Assembly: GCA_051942245.1 (NCBI GenBank)
Contig: JAVECL010000247.1
Coordinates: forward strand, 1-33,084
DNA: 33,084 bases
Reading direction: 5' to 3'
DNA from: Trypethelium eluteriae
Lineage: Eukaryota
Shown: piece by piece, positions 22,132-33,084 of the stretch
Numbering within the stretch: the first letter of the stretch is position 1
How the letters are laid out: each line of letters opens with the position of its first letter
Made by a program: the position numbers and the translations under genes
Notes under the pieces: generated by a model
What the model saw: the letters and a program-made list of their open reading frames with translations, nothing else
What the model was told of the DNA's origin: nothing
Databases searched by the model: none

Positions 22132-25100
22132 CTAGTGGTCAGGGAGAAGTCCAGCAACAGAAGTGCCACTGGAACGACGAGACGCAGGGCAAATGCGGCG
22201 CAGGAAGCTTTCAATAGTAGCCCATTCAATATGAGCAGCATCTGCCATCGTAGTATGATCGAAATCATTGTCGAATTCAGGCTCGCATTTCCCAAAAGGA
22301 GAGGCTCTGCCTTGCTGAATGGCTAGGACAGCTGAGCGATGTTCGGCAAGGGAAAGGAAGTCGGTGGAGGTGCTCGCGTCAAACAGAAGCCTAACGAAGT
22401 ACTGGTGGGCATTAGCATTACTGGAATCAATAATGCTCACTCTGTCAGTGTCCTCAACTTACAGTCAACATGTCTTCTCCCACACCCTCCCTCCTGCCCA
22501 GAGTCTGGAAGATCCAGGTAGGAGCATATTGGGTCAAACCCCACCAAGTATCGCGACCTGGAGCTTCCTCATAATGGCTGACAGCAGTCTTGAGAATCAT
22601 GTATTTCTGACGCTCGCTAAACCCAGGACAGTTCAGACCGGCAAACACAAGCTCTTGGTGAAGTTGGAGGGTGAGCTGTTGGGGGTTCGTAGGCACGTGG
22701 CGAAATCGATGGGAATAGAGAGCCTTGATGAGGGTGACTGTCGCATGATGGAGGCGGTCGCGCTCTCCCAGCGTGTAATTCTGAACAGACCACCAAGGGA
22801 ACTAAAATGACCATAGTGTCAGTTGATCAGACAGTCTGGAAATGCCACGCTTTCGTCAGAACGGAGACGTACCTTGTACAGCAAAGTAATCATGGACTCG
22901 TAGGTGCGTTGATAGCATTTGTGCGAGAATGGAGACTGAGCGTGATTAGTACAGCTCAATAGAAAGAATGAAGAGACACATACTCGCTGTGGGGTTTCGG
23001 CGTGTTTGATTGTAACGACCATCTCTTCGCTTGTAGTGAAACCTTTGAATCCTGAATTGTAGGGCTCGGTCGACTCATATATGTGAGGATCTTGTCCCTC
23101 CCAGCGTACACATTTGGCACGTGGGAACACTTCTTTCATAAGTGCAGCCTGACTAGATATGGTAACGTCGACGTGTCTGTCACCAATGCGGGGATGGCGA
23201 TGGTTTGCACACTGGCGCTTGAAGCGATCCACAGCATGATCCGCGTCCTTGTGTGTCTCGAATTCCACATAGCAGTCCATAGTTTTTGCCGTAGAGCGTT
23301 CCATGATAATGTGAATGGCGAACCATGGGGAACCTTGCGGTTGCTGGACCAGTCGAGCGTTGCGACCAACAAAAGCCACGATCTCTGGCTTAGTTGTACC
23401 ATACGGGATCTGTGGAGATCAGTCAGATAACAGATGACGAGGCAAGTGCGGAGACGTTGGTACATACATTGGTGATCCTGATAACTCCCCAGTTCTTTGG
23501 CTTCGCCATCCGTGCCTTCTCAACAAATGGAATCAGATTGAACGCGTCGTTCAGAGATAGTTGCCCGCCACTCTTCTGTAGGTGTTCGAAAAAGTCCGTC
23601 GATTCGGTGGTAGACACATGATACGCTAGATCGACGAAAGTGGGAGTAAATTGGACTGCGTTACTGGTGTTTTGGTCACGCTGGCGTGGGACAACCGCCA
23701 TATGGGAAGAACGGTCATCATCCGGAGTTAGCACGCCGCTCTTAATCAAATCCACAAGGCGACGCTTCTCGGCACGAGCCTTGTCTTGAGGGGTTGGCGT
23801 GATGCTCTGTTCTACCTCACCCGAAAAAGGCACCGTGTTGAGAGCAGCACCTGTATATGATTTCTGACGACCGACGTCGTTATTTGGTGTCGTAAAGGCA
23901 GAGCTGTTCCGGCGGCTGGTAGTGAGCGGAGATTCTGAGCTGAAAGATCCTTGACGAATAGAGAGCTGGGGGATCCGAGCATTGATTTCGTCAATAATAT
24001 CGGGGCTTGGAAAATCAGTCGCTTTTGCTTTCCCTTTGTGCTGAGATGACGTGGATTCACTGGGCTGCGGGAAAACGTCCTCATCGGGAGACTCAGTGAT
24101 CGGACTTGGTGTAATACGTGGAGTAGGGTTGTAACTTGTAGACTGATTATTCCACATCGATGTTCCACGCATAGACGTTGTGGAGGGGCAGTTCCCAAGC
24201 TCAGCCATGTTCGGTGTAGATTTCGAGTGAGAAACGTGACCCAGATGAGACTGCTGTGGGGACTGGCTTGTCTGCGTGATCATGGCAGTAGAGCCCTCTG
24301 AAGAACGGCGCGGGCCTACCGGCTCAAACATGGCGACTTGGTTAGAGAACCAAGGTTTTCGGGGAGATGGCTCTTGAACTAAGAAGGGTTGAGAAGATGA
24401 TGATTCAAGTGACTCTGGACGAGCGCCTGCGGTTGCCGCAGGTGAAGTCATACTTGATTGTGTGGGTTCCAGGCCAAAGTGAGATTTCTCAAGTGAATGG
24501 AAGAGTGAAGTCAAGGGAGAGGGTTCGGTTGGAGGCTTGCTTTGGCGACGAGATATCTTGAGAGGTAGGTTGAAGCTGACTGATTTGGAGGGACACTCCT
24601 TTTGAGCTTTGGAGTTGGCAGCTCGGTCAGCAAGGTTCAAGAAGCCTTGAGAAGTTGATGTCGCCAGTTCCAACTGAGACTTTGTAGGCGCACTCAAATG
24701 AGAGGCGTCTGATAGAAGAATTCCGCTAACAGTGCGCTGTGGTGTGGGAGCAAAACCTGTTAGCCACTATTTGCATATTGTGATTGGCATTTGACCTACC
24801 TTCCAGCAATTACCACAAACCGCCTCTACACAGTAGAGATGCTCAAGAATTGGAGCGGGGATGGATTTATGGTGGTTGGCACAAATCGTGTGACCGCACG
24901 GGGCCAAGAGGTACGCCGGGGTACTTGTGCAGGACCCACAATCGGCTGCACCAAGGACCCAGTCACGGTGTTTTGTGCGGTTCGAAGTTGGATCAGAGCT
25001 AGGTGGAAGGTGTTGCTCAACTTCAGCAGTAAGGCCGCTTGATGGGGTTGCAGGCCTTGTCGGGGTGCCTGCTTGAGGTTGCTCATAAAAAAAAGCGGCG

Positions 25101-25267
25101 CGAGCGAGGTCAGCACTCTGAATTCCACCCTGGATTTCACCGTTAACATTTGTAGTATCGGGAGGAGTCCAGATGCTCACCACAGAGCTGTCGCTAAAGA
25201 AACGACGGCGGTCCGAAGGAGAACCGCCGTCGATTCTGAACGATGCTACATCAGTAGGTACCTCCAT
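22132..25267 (-). CDS. Hypothetical protein with N-terminal RING-like Cys/His motif and C-terminal RRM-like domain; 6 exons
   Basis: Exons 25267-24800, 24736-23468, 23409-22984, 22935-22873, 22801-22463 and 22401-22132, all GT..AG and in frame. RRM-like segment WGVIRITN|IPYGTTKPEIVAFVG..IHIIMERSTAKTMDCYVEFE..RIGDRHVDV. Exon 1 linkage is the least certain part. Confidence 0.8.
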
Positions 25268-26370
25268 CTAGCTAGGGAAGTACTGAAGAAGCATACATTC
25301 AAGGCTCTGTTAGGGTGTAGATTCAGATAGCAACCTGAAGTCCTCGTCGAGGGACCTCTAATCCGAGACAGTGACTGCGAATCTCAAGGAGAGATAACAA
25401 CAGATCACTCTATGGATAGGGTTGCAATGTGCAGTGTAGAGAGGTATCGCAAATGTAGAGCTTTGAAAAATCAAATCTCCGTCGTAAAACAGTTCGGACA
25501 GTTATCCTCTGGAAGTTTAGAAAGCTTCAAGGTAGCGGAGTTGGTGAAGCAATCGATAGGTGGTAAAGGGGATCGGGCAGAGTGAGTGGCGGAAGAAAGA
25601 AGTCCCAAGTGAAGAGGAATGAACCAGTGAAGCTAGGCCTGCGTACAGGGTGGCAGGCAGAACAGCTGTGTGCTTTCAACACAACACACGCCTAGGCCAG
25701 GTACACTAACACAATATCTCCACAGTTTCTTTGACTTTCCTTGAACGGTTAGGTCCATTGTGCAGGAGAAGATCATGCGGCATCTGTGCATGATCCCAAG
25801 AACACACTTATAGCCATTCCCAGCGAGTTGTGTGTCTTTGCTAGCATCTCAAACGGCTATGACGTCGCAGTACCAATTGTCGTAATTTAATGAAGTATTG
25901 TACAAGACTAAAGACGGCCGACGCTATTCGTCGGCTCAAGTGAAGGCCTGAGTGCATGGAATATATTGCTTCGACAGCGCGGTCATCACACGCTCGCAGG
26001 AACCGCGGAGATATGTTTATTGTGGCGTAGCATGGGTATGTCGGGCATTATGACAAGTGAGTCTCCAGCGTCATGAGGCCTTATCGACCAGGGCTCAACT
26101 TGTTTGCCATTCTCTAGAGTGTGTCTCTGAAAGGTACCCTTTTTGCAAATCGAATAGCGCTCCGAATTGCATCCTCAGAAACCCGGTAGGAAGCACAGCA
26201 GGGGGCCAACGAAATAACGAGTTCTTCAGCTATTGCCTTGAGTCCTCACCAACACGTCCGCGTCAGGAGGTAGGAGAGGACTTTGCGCTCGGGAGCAAAT
26301 CCTCGTTCTTCCAAGGTGAATCGCAATATCGCCGAATGTCCGGGAAGGCTAGTCATCTTGTCCACCACAC

Positions 26371-26759
26371 TCAGGTGTTCTTATCTTGTCCAAGTCCCTT
26401 CTGTCTCAGTTTGCGCTCCTCTAAAACACTGATCTTGTCCTCTAAGGCAAGCTTCCTAGAAACAAGTGCTTCTCTCATGGTCTTAAGTTGGATAACTTGT
26501 TCATCCGGTGTCGTATCGTACCGTATCTGTTTCTTTTGCTACTCTTGCTGATTAGCGTTCAACAGACTTCTAAGCAAGACAATTTCCATTCATAAGCGAA
26601 ATTGCCGCATCACAAATAGCGCGCTTGATTGAAAAAGAAGCACACCTCTTCTATTTGGTGTTGTGTCTTCAGCCCAGCCCCATACCACGATCCCAATGCC
26701 ACAATTGCAGCAATACTGCCAGATAGGACATAGCTACGTATCTGTCCTGTGGTGGACAT
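26371..26759 (-). CDS. Small 93-aa protein with one hydrophobic helix and a C-terminal coiled coil; 2 exons
   Basis: Exons 26759-26646 and 26538-26371 (intron GTGTGC..GCTAAT..TAG). Protein MSTTGQIRSYVLSGSIAAIVALGSWYGAGLKTQHQIEE|QKKQIRYDTTPDEQVIQLKTMREALVSRKLALEDKISVLEERK... Confidence 0.75.
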
Positions 26760-27944
26760 AGTGGCTCGACATCCACTTCGCATTGACTGCCTGACACGAC
26801 AATTCAAAGCATCCACTTCCTACGTGTTAGGAAGACGCGAAGTTGAATGTGGAAGATTGATGTTCCGCTCCGACTCCAACACTCGCCCTCGCCTTCCAGC
26901 CGTGTCAGGGCCAGGGTACGCGTGTGCACACGCGCACGACGCGGTGCAGCGGCAAGCGGCCTCTTCCGGCATCAGATGCGGTACGGAGTATTCTCAATGT
27001 TCTCGATTTTATCTACAGATCCCAGGAGGCTTTCAGCACATCAGCAGTCTATTATGCTTACCCAATTCAAGTGTATGTATACCACAAGTAGCGTTGGGTC
27101 AAACGGCGACCAGTACGTGATATCCCTGTGAGTACAGCTTCTTCTCCTTGCAGCATGGCGAATTCATCCAATGAAGGAAACGAAATTTGAGCATCGTATC
27201 AGGATGCCCAACCGATTGATTTACATTCGATTGGTCCACATGCAAACGATACACTGGTCGGATTGTCAACATTCTTCGTCGATGCGACAGTCTTTTGCAG
27301 AATGATATGTTCTTTACGTTAGTAAATTTGAGGTTCTTTGAAAACTTCACTAGGACCAGATCATGGAGACCCTGCTCTCTTTTTTGCCAACGAGTCTTTT
27401 TATTGGAGACAAGACACCACGTGGACATCCTGCGATCGTCTGGTTAGGGAAGTACTCCATCTGATGGGGACAGCAGGCGCACTTTATGCCAACGCAGTAT
27501 GGGTGTTCCGTCATATCATCACTGGAAGTTCCAGCACCAGAGACAGAGAATCCAAGGAAATTGTGCTAGAGCATCGCTGCGGAACTAGACAATTGTAATG
27601 CCTAAATGTAAAGTAGTGCTAAGGTTTAAGAAGCTAGAGCCTAATTTGCAATGCGAATTTCACTCATTAGGAAGAGACGAATGAATCAAGAAACCATTTG
27701 CATAGCAAAGGTAACGTCTACATAGGATGAGTTATAATACGTTGAAAGTGCGACGATTGCTAGCCATGTAAATGCGCGCCAACGCGTAGGGTCAACAAAC
27801 AAGCCCACTACGGGGCGTAGTGCCAGTCCACATCCCTCTATTCTGCTATCCGCGCATTGCTCCGTGGTCAATTCAACGCATACGTTCTCCGCCCCGAATT
27901 CTGCAGCTCTGAGGTCCGCCTGACTCGACCTTACAACTGTAAAA

Positions 27945-28437
27945 ATGTCCACGAATCCTCCTCCCCGTACTCCAGCCGCCCGTACCACAACCGCACCTCG
28001 TCTTTCAACCGTTCCTCCAACCACTATCTCCACCATTTCCTCGTCACAGAAACCACGTCAGCTCTCTCACCTTCATGCCCAGCTCGCGCAACTAACAGCG
28101 CATGTGGCGGATCTTGAGAACCTCCTCCGGATGACGGCAGTGCAGGCCGAGAGTGTGCGTGGTTTGGGAGGCTATGCCGGAGGAATGTGAGTTCCATTCT
28201 CTCTTTAATTATCACTTGATGTTGTGGCGAAGAAGCGGGATGGGGCGAATCATTGATGTGCATAATGGAGTGAAGGGGTCTATGCGACTTTGGCTGATAC
28301 GCCGTCCGTACAGGTTCATGGCAGCGAGCAAAGTTTTGGGTGAAGAAACTGTGACGGGGGCTGGATTGGGTAGCAATGCAATGGCGGATTCCAACTCGCA
28401 AAAGAGGGAAGAGCGGGAAAGAAGCACCGGGACTTGA
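27945..28437 (+). CDS. HSK3: DASH/Dam1 complex subunit Hsk3-like; 2 exons, 121 aa
   Basis: Exons 27945-28186 and 28314-28437. KPRQLSHLHAQLAQLTAHVADLENLLRMTAVQAESVRGLGGYAGGMFMAASKVLGEE matches my recall of fungal Hsk3. Confidence 0.85.
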
Positions 28438-29672
28438 CACTACATACTGGTTCGAAAAAAGAGATGGACACTTACGATCCAGCTATCTGGTCAAGTCAGC
28501 GACGAATATGCTGCTGTCTGATCTGGCCGAGGCGTCGGAGATAGCTAAAAGACAGTAGCTATAGTGGCTGCATGTTTCGGGGACCCGACACATAGTGTGT
28601 CTGTGGCATGGGCATCAGTGGCATGGAAGGTCTCGTACCGATAGGAAGGGATGAGATAGTTATTCGAAAGTCTGAGACGACTAACGCATGTGAGAGTTCC
28701 GGGAGAGGGTTGAGGACTGATAGATGGAATACCTTTGGAGAACAGTAAATAGAAATGGAGCTCGTATGAGGTATACCTTTTCTGCTTCCTTCAGGGAAAG
28801 CCGTGACATTAATTATCTAATTGTGAAAGCCCAGGCGGGCAGGTAACTTGCTTTCCGCACCTGCGTAATTTGATACATGAGTTCTTTATATTCACTATGT
28901 GCAAGAACGCTATCTATTTCTCGTGCATAGCCGTGCCGGAGACCCCGTTCGTTCTTCGTCCCCAGCTGATCTCCAGTGTTAGATCAAACACGGGCTGCGC
29001 CGCCGCAATTATTCCTTCGAACTAAGGCAGGCAAGCTAACAAACAACCGATCAGTGGAGGACCACCAAGAATGGCTCTAGACGTATCCATGTTACCGACA
29101 ATAAGAACACAGAATCGATCTAAAGGGACCCGTGAGACGTAGCCGAGGAAACCAAAGAAAACAGGGAATGATCATTTCGTGCCTCTGAGACGTTAAATGG
29201 CGACAAAGGGTTAGATGGTAAAAGAATTTAGACAGGAACAATGGCTATGCACAAAAGATCAATGGAGAGCCTCCGATGCAGGCCAGGTATCATGGTCATC
29301 AACAAATCAAAGGAGAGCTGAACAGAGGACGTTACTCAAGAACGGCGAAAAACAGGAAAGAAGCGACAATGAAACCAGATCCAGCAAATATCTGAGTCTT
29401 AAAAGGTAAAAGACGGAGAAAGTTAATGCGAGACGGCACCAGCAATTAAGAGAAACTGCCCACATGCCCGCTAGCGCATGAATCCTATTACACCCCCCTT
29501 CCCAAGAGAAGCAAAACCATGGGGTATCAGCATCCGAATCCCGTAATTCCATTGTCGTACCAGAGTTGCACATGCGACGTGTCCCATTAGCCAAGTTGGC
29601 ATCCGCGACCTCCGCACCTACTTTCCTGGTCCGCCGATTAAGGTCATCATGGTAAGATCGTTCAGCGTGGGT

Positions 29673-32600
29673 TCAAAGACTCATAGTCAACCACTCCCAC
29701 TCCTGACTTCCCGCTTTCGACCCAGCTGCTCCCCCTACAACCCCGCCTGGGCCAGGCATGCCTCCCATACCCATTCCCATCCCCATCCCCATCGCCATTC
29801 CTGGCGCGGGTCCCTGCCCGCCCGAACCAGAGGCAGCGCCATGTTCCTTCTTCCCCCGTGCCACCATCGGTCGGATACCACTTGTATCATCCGCGTCTCC
29901 CATGTCTGCATCTCCTACGCCGACTCCAGCTTTACTCGCACGTCGAAGCCGCTTCGGTCCCACCGCTGCGACGGGGCGCGTCTGCACGCTGTTGCTCACA
30001 GCCGATCCCGGAGCAGCTGCAGCAGCTGCTGCTGGATGCATGGCGAGGGGTGAAGCGGTCATCGCAGCGTTCTTGGGGGGTCCAGGCGCGATGGGCACAT
30101 TGCCACCCTTGACGGCCGCCGAGGAGCCACCACTACCGCTCCCTCCACCAGCACCACCTCCGCCACCGGTTGTTGAGGCGCTACCGGTGCTACTCGGTGC
30201 GCCAGCAACGCTGCCAGTCGTGCTGCGAGGGCTTTCGCTGTCGCCTGCTACGCTGCCAGCTTTGGCGCTTGTTGGAGTGGTTGCAGCTGTTGAGGCTGCA
30301 GTCGTGCCCGCAGCAATGGAGGAAGAAGCAGCAGCATTAGGGTTCATGCCAGAGGAAGCACTGCCTACACCGCTGGTGCTATTTTTTCGGCCTTTCTTGC
30401 CACCGGCGCGAGTCGAGGTGCCGACGCCGCCTTGGACCACAGCATTGCCAGAGCCGCGGTTGCGTTTCTTGATGACGTCGGTCTTGAGGCTCAAGGGACG
30501 CACCACGCCGTGGAGCTTGAGGAAGAGACCACAAGCATTACAGAGGGGATGGCCTTCGGGGTTGCGCCGCCAGAGAGGTGTCGTCTGGGTGAAACAATTC
30601 GTACAGGTTGTGGGAGCACCGCTGTTCTCTCCAACTTGCCCTTGAGCCTGGCCGGAGCTTTGCCTGGTACCCCCAGGGGAGTCAGGACGTGAAGGTGCAG
30701 CAGAGGAAAATGAGGATTCATGTGGGGAAGAGGGAGATGACTGGGCATGAGGGTTAAATGGCACCGGTTGGACGAGACCCACGGTGTTGGGCGTCGAACT
30801 TGTCCGAGGTATCTTCTTCACCCTTGTGTCAGGACCTCGATTTCGAATCTCTGAAACCGAAGCTGCAGAACCCTGAGTGCGACCTAGGGTGTTGCCTCCA
30901 TTCCAATCATGATTGGAGGACATGGTTTCCGTGGAACCTATGGTAACCTGCTTTCGTGGCGGACCGGCAGGATACCGGGCAGCAGCGGCAGGGTTATAAT
31001 GAGAGTTGGAAAGATTGCTGGGCTCCCAGTGATAACTTTGCGGCAGGTCTAGAGTTGGGTCATCCAAGGGTGAGAACTCGTGGTGCATCATCATACTGCC
31101 TACGGCTTCGTCATCGTCTTGATCAGAGTCCGCCCCGAAAGTGAACATGCCGTCCTGTCGTGACATTCCCGATCCGGTGTTCTGAAACTCTGTCTGCAAA
31201 ACTTGAGAAGGGTTAATGTGATTCTGAGCATTGAAGGAGGCTTGCGTAAAAGCTTGAGAGTGCGTGGCGGTGGTGACAGCACTGAACATTTCATTACCAT
31301 TCGGATTAAAGACGTATTGAGGCTGAAGAGTGCTTGACAGGCTCTGGGGTTGGCGAGCGCCATAGCCCTGTGTCTGCCGCTGATGTCTGCGATCAAAAGA
31401 GGAGGGATCGAAGAAGCCATGTTCTCCTTCAGCCATAGGTTGAGGGGTCGAAACTGTGGAGGGACGGCCAGAACCAGGCGGCGAGTAATAGTCGGTGGAG
31501 GTGAGGGAAGAGTTCATTGGGGCGGGGTGATACATGGAGGGATAGTTTCCGGTGGTGGCAATTGGAGAGGGGACTGGGGAGAAGGAAAAGCTCTGCTGGA
31601 AAGGGCCTGCAGAGTGTAGAATGGGGTCATTATCAAGATTGTAGGTGTTTAGATTGAAGGGAATTGGGTTATGATTCTGAGCTCCCGTGGCAAACATGGG
31701 AGGCTGAGACGAGTGATCGAGTGAATAGCTGTTCAGTGCGGCATCGGAGTCTGGATCATGAGGTATCGTGATATTGTTGACGGCGGGAACGTGTGGAGAG
31801 TTTTCTGCTCGCCGTTTGGGAGGCTATCTCAAGTTAGCACTAATAGCCACTAGGAACTGGACCTAATATCTCACCCTTCTCTCGTCGATGCTTGTTTTCC
31901 GCACATGTTTTTGCACGTAACCGAATTCGTTCTTGCCTCTGTTGTCCGTTGGCGGCATGGAGGGGGCAGAAGCACGTGAAAGTTGTAGATCCTGATCCCG
32001 GATTTCCCGTTGCTTCTTGATGGGAATGGCGGAAGCTGTTGTGATTGGGTTCGGTAATGATTCATGGGCGGGAGATGGCGAGAGTCCAGCGGGAGAAGCA
32101 ATGTTTGATGGGAAGATGAAATCATCCAGATTCATGGGTTCGGGCTGGGAGCCAGCGTTCTGGTCGGCCGACTTCCTCAACTGCGCGATGCCGCTAGGAG
32201 CAGTGCTCGGTTTCGGTCGTGGCTGGGGGTGGGAACTGAGGGTGGAGCTTGTTAGGACATGTTGAATCGCGAAATTGGATCGTGAAATGGCGTCAAGGTA
32301 CGATGTTGCACCCACCCTTTTGGTTCCTGGTTCCGCGTCTTCTTAAGCTGCATTGCCATCATCCGCCAAGTCAAATTCTCCATGCGCTCGCGGTTGGGCA
32401 GCTGGGACCTGGTCCGGCTATACAATCGCCATATCTGGGTGGCCAGCGGGTCTTCCTTTTGCATTGCCTCCGGACTCTCTGGCTCGAGGCCTCCGGTGTC
32501 GTCCTTCCAGATGGGAAAGACGGACTCATCCAAGACACCGGTCCGAGTCGCAGTGTCGGTGGTGGAGGAGAAATCCAGCTTGCTCTCCAGGGTGCTGGCG

Positions 32601-32764
32601 GAGGTGAGGGACTGGATGGCGGAGGAGGAACCGCTGGAGTAATCGTAATGGCCTGCGGGCTTCCGGACGTGCCTGGGCGAAGAGGAAGAGTGGAGAGGGA
32701 GCGAATCGGGCCCAATGATGACAGCCTCCAGCTCTTGTGAAAGGGTCGATGCCCCCACGTCCAT
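29673..32764 (-). CDS. areA: Global nitrogen regulator GATA factor AreA/NIT2; 3 exons, ~986 aa
   Basis: Exons 32764-32316, 32235-31875 and 31823-29673. Motifs [36 protein letters not shown], the GATA finger [50 protein letters not shown] and terminal EWEWLTMSL. Confidence 0.97.
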
Positions 32765-33084
32765 TGTGCGGGGGCCCGCGCTTCAGTCTGGCTCAGACAC
32801 AATGGCCGTTATCGTTGTTTCCTTCCCAGATTCGATGCCCGGCTCCAATTATAACAGGGTCGTCTCGTGTAGGAGAGTTGCGCAATTCGGGGAGGCCGCG
32901 CACGGGTGGAGAGGGAGTCGATGTTCTGCGCTCGGGATAGGTAGAGAGTGAGTAAAGCTCGGGGGCAGATGAGTGGATCTGAGGACGGGCTCTGGCCAAA
33001 TTGAGCGACGAGGGCCCGCTGCACGCTCTGGAGGTAGGTGAGGAAGCACCAGGGCCGGGCTGGTAGGTTTAGAAGTGGGCGAGG

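Noticed and set aside
24767..24769. In-frame TAG between the 166-aa and 424-aa ORFs (possible A-to-I stop editing or readthrough)
   Set aside because: It falls inside a canonical 63-nt intron (24799-24737) whose removal preserves the frame.
15019..28437. nimA and HSK3 (both mitotic) within ~10 kb
   Set aside because: Unrelated genes lie between them and nothing in the sequence indicates a functional cluster.
29758..30645. 295-aa + strand ORF
   Set aside because: It is an antisense shadow of GC-rich, low-complexity areA codons.

Overview
Eukaryotic (filamentous ascomycete, Pezizomycotina-type) genomic DNA with GT-AG spliceosomal introns and CTRAY branch sites. Eight intact spliced genes can be built by hand: a DUF2461-family gene (-), TYW3 (+), an ankyrin-BTB/POZ gene (-), the NIMA kinase (+), a RING-like/RRM-like hypothetical (-), a 93-aa single-TM coiled-coil protein (-), DASH subunit Hsk3 (+) and the nitrogen-regulatory GATA factor AreA (-). 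Between nimA and the RRM-like gene is a RIP-damaged pair of PD-(D/E)xK-like pseudogene pieces. I recognise no protein gene in the first ~7.4 kb. The most unusual signal is the DUF2461 gene. Its last three introns are 863, 706 and 623 nt, whereas all other introns I built here are 48-127 nt. They are densely packed with stems and carry shared motifs and extra 5' splice sites, which suggests undescribed structured intronic RNAs or structure-controlled splicing. All folds, exon boundaries and family names come from reading by eye and recall, not computation.
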